NCBI GenBank assembly: GCA_008632985.1
Contig: QPGO01000097.1
Location: 124,001-188,000, forward strand
Direction of reading: 5' to 3'
Length of the DNA: 64,000 nt
Source: Psammoneis japonica
Taxonomy: Eukaryota
Each line of letters starts with the position of its first letter. Positions within the stretch are counted from its first letter, which is position 1. The position numbers were made by a program, and so were the translations under genes. The notes beneath the pieces were generated by a model. It did no database searches. It was not told the DNA's origin and was given only the letters and a program-made list of their open reading frames with translations. Of this stretch, positions 59,015 to 64,000 are shown one piece after another.

Positions 59015-60166
59015 ATGGCAATGAAGCCGGTCCGTTTGTTCGCGTTTTTCATCACATTGCTCTCTCTAGTAGGGCTTGCTTTTGGAAAGGCATCCCGAAC
59101 GACTCAAAGAGATGCTATTGCATACATTGTTGATCAGGTCCAACTGATGGCAGGCACGGCAAGCCTCGCCGCCGTGCTGAGGCAGGGCGCAAGGATGTTT
59201 CGCACTAGTGAACGTCAACTCCGGCGTTGGTACAAGCACTATCTCTTTTATGGAGAACTACCATTCGACACGTCACGAGAGTGGAAAAGACTTTTGAGAC
59301 GGTCCACTGGGGCTTGGCAAGGAGGACGGCACTTTCGTCCAAGGCACGTCGAAGCCCTTCGAAAGATTCTTGAGCGCAATCCTGAGCATTATCTTGATGA
59401 GTTTGTCCACGATCTGTGCATTGAAACTGGAACTCTGTTTCATCCGTCCACTGTCTGGAGAGCCCTTCATGACAAATTGGGATGCTCTCTAAAGACACAC
59501 GCTGCCGTTGCAAGGGAGAGAAACGAGCGACTCCGACATGAGTGCAAGGTGGCTTTGGCACTTTTTGTTTTCGACCCATGTCAAGTGATCTTTTGCGACA
59601 AGACACACAAAGACAAGAATGCTGCCAGACGCCGTCGGGCTTGGGGGGTGCGCAACGAAGACCTTGTTTTGAAGAAATGGTTCCAGGATGCAGTGCGCTG
59701 CACATGCCTTGCAGCTTGCAACATTAATGGGTTTGTTGTTGAAGCTTGTGACACCGTCAGGAGAGACAATGTCAGTGATGAGGGAGCAGCAGGAACTGTG
59801 GACTCAGACCGATTTTATGAATGGGTAGAAACACATTTGGCACCACAGCTGGGTGACTGTGAAAAAGGAGAGAAAAATTCGGTGGCAGTGATGGATAACG
59901 CATCGACGCACTTTGACCGTCGCATCAAACGATTGATAGAGAAAAAGAAGAACGCGAGGTTGCTGTACACTGCACCCTGCTGTCCCGACCTCAATCCAAT
60001 TGAAAAAATGTTTTCAGTGTACAAAGCATGCCTCCGTCGCCATGGACAACTTGAGGGTCATCAGGCGGATTGGCAAGACTTGCACTATGGGGCGTTGCTT
60101 TCAGTAACTCCCGACATAGCAGCGAAGCACTTTCGAAAATGCGGGGTGCCGGGGATGGAGAATTAG
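59015..60166 (+). CDS. IS630-like DD35E transposase (ORF open but carries substitutions at conserved sites)
   Basis: HTH region (YLDEF...STVWRALH), IFCD, VMDNASTH, APCCPDLNPIE; 35 residues between the second D and E. Confidence 0.92.
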   Translation: MAMKPVRLFAFFITLLSLVGLAFGKASRTTQRDAIAYIVDQVQLMAGTASLAAVLRQGARMFRTSERQLRRWYKHYLFYGELPFDTSREWKRLLRRSTGAWQGGRHFRPRHVEALRKILERNPEHYLDEFVHDLCIETGTLFHPSTVWRALHDKLGCSLKTHAAVARERNERLRHECKVALALFVFDPCQVIFCDKTHKDKNAARRRRAWGVRNEDLVLKKWFQDAVRCTCLAACNINGFVVEACDTVRRDNVSDEGAAGTVDSDRFYEWVETHLAPQLGDCEKGEKNSVAVMDNASTHFDRRIKRLIEKKKNARLLYTAPCCPDLNPIEKMFSVYKACLRRHGQLEGHQADWQDLHYGALLSVTPDIAAKHFRKCGVPGMEN

Positions 60167-60442
60167 AGCATTCAAGGTTGATTGCCCAAGAAGTAAATAT
60201 CTAATCTCGAGTGCCATCGTCTCCTGCAGTGTGGTCCAGTCTCTAGTGGTGTCGTATCGAGCAGTGTGGTCTAGCCAGTCTCTAGCTAGTTGTGTCGTGT
60301 GGTCTATTGGGTAGTCAAGTCTAGCACAGTCTCTGCTTGTGTTATCGTATCGTATCGAGTGGTGCATTCTAGCTAGTTTTGAGTGGCAACAACTTGATTG
60401 GCAAACATCTAGTCTCGAGTAGCATCTAGAGTAGTAATTTCG

Positions 60443-62692
60443 CTACTGTGCCGGTAAAAGATGAATCCCCAATGTCTGTTCTTCTAAAAGTGTCTTGCGA
60501 TTGAAGCGGAAGCGTGGCTTGTCTTTCGCTGGTGCCGAATCAAACTCTACCAACAAATCAAATGATTCCTTCAATTTGAAAACTCGCCGGAGTTTCGAGA
60601 TGGACCAAGAATTTGTTTTGTCTTTCCCAATCAAAACAGGTTCATCGTCACCTTCAACTTGAAGAAAGAATTTTGAACACGCTTCGCCTTCAATGTGCTG
60701 GTCTAACTCAAATGGTTCGCTCTCTTCTTCAAGCATGGAAAGCAAATCGTTGATCATCGTAGTGTTCGCCTGTTCCTCATTGAGAACAACAAAGTCTTGC
60801 CGATTGCGGTGCTTCATTTGCTTGAGCTTGACAACCAACTCAGTTGGGCGTCCCGGTGCAGCTGGAGCAGAAGCTTGAGGAGCAGGTGCAACTGGAACAT
60901 TCGCTCTGCCCAGCTGCAACAATTGTTGATTAGACAAGAATTGACCAAGAGTGGATGGTGCAGCCGCATCTCCTGTCAATCCTCCTGTCTCTCCTCCTGC
61001 CACTCCTCTTGCATCCATCTCGTCCGGGTTCTCATGTTTGTGTTCCGCCAGCGTGACAAACTTTCCACGTCGCTTCTTGAATTTGCCCTTCTCGATTGGA
61101 ACACCCCCACAATTCTTGACACTGTGCCTGTCTCCAAGAACAATTCTGTTGAGTTTGTCAGCTGGACAATCTTCCAACTTTGCAGATTCAACTTCTTTAA
61201 ACCGTGAAGGATGTGTAAAACAGGCAAACAACATGTCCCCATGCTCCTTCAGCATTCCGTGTTGAACCGGACTCTCGGCGTCTCCTTGCAGACTTTCAAC
61301 AAAGGTGGAAATGACAACCGGCCTGTCTTTCGACTGCTGCGATTCCCTTTGTGGTGCAATTTTCGTTCCGGGCGAAAAAGTTGGATGGGGTTCGCCATCT
61401 TGCGATTCAGGTTGTGAGCATGATGGAGGATCCACGCGGAACTTGTCGTGCTCGAGAGGGATGTCTTGTTCGTTCATGAGACCAATCGCGAGACGGATCT
61501 TGAGGTGTTTCTCTTTCTTGACTACCTTGATTCGTTTTTTGATGCCTGCTTCTGAACGAAAGTGCTCCATGACCTCCCCCCCATCATTGAACAGTTGCAG
61601 GTCGGACGAGCTGTGGTTCTTTGCGAACCACAACTTAGAGTCTTCCCCAGTCGCACTCTTGTCCCACCCACAGTGCTTCTGCAGTTTAGGATTTGATGTG
61701 GCAAGCTTGACCACATCACGAAAAAACCTTGTCAACGTGAAAGTCTCCGTTTCGTCGTCGTCGTTGTCATCGCGGTCCGAGTGCGAGAGCTGAGACATGT
61801 CCTCCTCACTTCTCTGTGTGACAAAAGAGAATGGGTGGCAGGTGTGATTGTTCAGACAAAGCAGTTCGAATGTAGAGAGATCTTGGTTTGTGCTCACCGA
61901 TCCGTTTGGCTTGAAACGCCAAAGATCGTACTCTGCGTCGCAAATCGGAGTTGTCTTTGAGGTGACACGAGCAGAGTCGTTCGGGTCTTTCTGAGCAGGC
62001 TCCAAGAAAGACATCAAAAGCTTCAGCGGTGTCTCTGGTGCATTTGGAACTTCCAACAGATTAGAATCCACGGATGAGCCAGATGCATTGGAACCCTCAG
62101 CTACAATGGCCTCCACTGCCACAGCAACAATGTCGATTTCGCAATGCAGCGGTCCGTCCAGCTCCTCTTGACACTCTTGAGCCACCAAATGGATTTTCTC
62201 AAACCACTTTGCATCTGAATCAACAACCTCTACCTTCATCGTTGCTCGGTTGGAACCAGTCTTCCTCCCGGTGCGTCTCGTGAATGTGAACGCACCGCCG
62301 GGAAGCTCGTCGCAAGCGGAGCAACCATCGGCTTCAATGTGCGCAGTGATGAAAGGCACTGTTTCCTCGGTGAATGATGCAGTTGTGTCAAACTGACGAT
62401 TCGGCTTCAAAGTTTCAAACTTGAATTCGGAGAGTTTTGGCTTTGGTTCTTTGGATGATCCCTTTTTGCTTGGAACAAACACGGTTTTGTCGAAGTGAAT
62501 GACAAGTTTCTGAGGCTGCGGCTCCTCGGCTTCTCGTGGGCTTTGTGAGTCCTCTTCAGGATCAGAAAAGTCCAATTTGGAGGCAGAACGCTTTGTACCT
62601 CGACTAGAAGCACGACTATTGTGTTCTGGTTGGTTGGTTGCGGGCTGCTTGGCAGCGGAGCGGCGGTTCTTCGCCATGGTTGACAGCGGCAT
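60443..62692 (-). CDS. Transposon-borne 749-aa protein of unknown function
   Basis: Uninterrupted ORF starting just inside the right TIR; basic N-terminus, acidic tracts; one Tyr in 749 aa. Confidence 0.75.
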   Translation of the reverse strand: MPLSTMAKNRRSAAKQPATNQPEHNSRASSRGTKRSASKLDFSDPEEDSQSPREAEEPQPQKLVIHFDKTVFVPSKKGSSKEPKPKLSEFKFETLKPNRQFDTTASFTEETVPFITAHIEADGCSACDELPGGAFTFTRRTGRKTGSNRATMKVEVVDSDAKWFEKIHLVAQECQEELDGPLHCEIDIVAVAVEAIVAEGSNASGSSVDSNLLEVPNAPETPLKLLMSFLEPAQKDPNDSARVTSKTTPICDAEYDLWRFKPNGSVSTNQDLSTFELLCLNNHTCHPFSFVTQRSEEDMSQLSHSDRDDNDDDETETFTLTRFFRDVVKLATSNPKLQKHCGWDKSATGEDSKLWFAKNHSSSDLQLFNDGGEVMEHFRSEAGIKKRIKVVKKEKHLKIRLAIGLMNEQDIPLEHDKFRVDPPSCSQPESQDGEPHPTFSPGTKIAPQRESQQSKDRPVVISTFVESLQGDAESPVQHGMLKEHGDMLFACFTHPSRFKEVESAKLEDCPADKLNRIVLGDRHSVKNCGGVPIEKGKFKKRRGKFVTLAEHKHENPDEMDARGVAGGETGGLTGDAAAPSTLGQFLSNQQLLQLGRANVPVAPAPQASAPAAPGRPTELVVKLKQMKHRNRQDFVVLNEEQANTTMINDLLSMLEEESEPFELDQHIEGEACSKFFLQVEGDDEPVLIGKDKTNSWSISKLRRVFKLKESFDLLVEFDSAPAKDKPRFRFNRKTLLEEQTLGIHLLPAQ

Positions 62693-62714
62693 GTTTTGAT
62701 CCTCGATTGTAAAT

Positions 62715-62849
62715 TCTAGTGCTTATTTTGTGTACGATTCTACGTGACTATTGAGAGGAACCCGGAAGGTTGTTGTCGAAGAAAAAAAAAAAAAAAAGAG
62801 AAACACCTCTCTCTCTCGAACCCTGTGACATTTTTACCTCAAACAGCAA
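62715..62849 (-). repeat. Right TIR
   Basis: Reverse complement of 58848-58981. Confidence 0.95.
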
Positions 62850-63310
62850 TACGCGCTGCCTACAGAAGCGGGATCCAAATTCTTCTTAGGTAGCGTATGT
62901 GACAAAATTTCACTTCAACTTACGACTAGATTTACCACATTCCACGTGGCGCGCGACCACGCGCATAGATACTGTACCGTGCGGCGGTGCAGATCTTGCG
63001 GCGCGGCGGCTCGCTCGTGCTACAGTTACCGTTATTAATTATATTTTATTCTCAGAGCTGAATAAAATTTGAAATGAATATGTCTTAATTCGAAATTTGA
63101 TTGGTGGGTTGTGTGATGTTCACATCGCATGTTTCTCGTTTTGTTGATGGTTGATGTCATTGTGTGTGCGTGTTGCGTTCCTTCACCCACCCTTTACTGA
63201 AGTAAGCAACCATTAAGCATTATAAAAAGAGCATAGGAATAAGTCAAACAATCAGGCACGCGACGTGACCTTGCGAAACAAGTAACATTGCTCGCTTCCA
63301 TTTTCATAAT

Positions 63311-63836
63311 GATGTACACCCGCAACATACCGCTAACGGTGTTCTCTTTCCTCATCATGCTAAGATCACTCCATTCAACGTGCTCCTTCACAGTTGATGT
63401 TGTCAGCCTTGTAAGCATCAGGGGATGGAAACCGCAGCAACGAGATCGGAATTCCTTGGGCATAAATGCACCTTTGGAGCATGATCATGCGTACCGGTAC
63501 ACCATCGCTGAGAAATCGCTTCATGCTGAAACGCCGTTTTCGGGAGGACCACCCGGAGTTCACCGTGGCGGGGTATCGAAAACAGCTCGAGAATCTGCCG
63601 TGTTAGCTGAATGGGAACCGATTTCAGAGCTCCAGCGACGAATTGATGAAGGGGTTTACTACGAGCACTGGCCGGATCACGGTCATGACGACTCCAGTAG
63701 AAACAGAAGCAAGCGTACAAAACGCTCACAGGATAGTGACACTCAATCTGTACGTGGAGTTTTTTGCGGATATCGATCGACTCAGGAAGAACGAAATAGG
63801 CTAAAGAGTGCAGACCCAGACAGCCCTAGCGAGTAA
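63311..63836 (+). CDS. Small hypothetical protein with signal-peptide-like N-terminus
   Basis: ORF with hydrophobic start, TCS-F motif, and C-terminal GVFCGYRSTQEERNRLKSADP; start uncertain. Confidence 0.55.
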
Positions 63837-64000
63837 TCTTTCGATTCATCAAGAGCAAAACATTACTTGTTTTAAGAAAAGAGATTGCCGAATCCACGAT
63901 ATGAGCCATACATACTCTAGAGGGCCCTAGGCAGTCAAGAAGCGAGTATCTCTGCAATGCGCAAAGCGAGAAAGGCGCAAATGTCGATCACTTATAGTTT

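Larger units (their letters stand above)
58848..62849. mobile_element. IS630/Tc1-mariner DNA transposon, 4.0 kb, two convergent ORFs
   Basis: TA duplication at 58846-47 and 62850-51; near-identical ~134-bp TIRs starting ttgctgtttgagg; DDE transposase inside. Confidence 0.95.

Noticed and set aside
60443..62692. Fanzor/TnpB nuclease as cargo of the IS630 element
   Set aside because: No RuvC-type D/E/D motifs or C-terminal zinc finger visible.

Overview
Eukaryotic genomic DNA, most likely from a pennate diatom (short GT-AG introns, bipartite plastid-targeting presequences, nuclear-encoded plastid sigma factor, CoDi-type Copia). About 17 ordinary, compact host genes surround two transposon regions. 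The first is a ~20 kb nested island (~9.5-29.4 kb). It holds a degenerate Plavaka-like transposase, a degenerate DIRS/Ngaro-like RT-RNase H element, a 9-bp satellite, and a complete Copia LTR element inserted in the satellite, which itself carries a MITE. The second is a young 4-kb IS630/Tc1-mariner (DD35E) element with ~134-bp TIRs, TA target duplication and a large convergent cargo ORF. The main signal is that transposon DNA, but not host genes, is almost stripped of TpA. TpA has become TpG or CpA on both strands, so Tyr codons read Cys/His (e.g. RT YVDD to HVDD). LTR and TSD comparisons show this happened in genomic DNA after insertion and appears faster than CpG decay. It looks like a repeat-targeted A:T to G:C hypermutation process, opposite in direction to fungal RIP. 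The responsible enzyme is not visible in this window. Dinucleotide statements are by eye and need formal counting.
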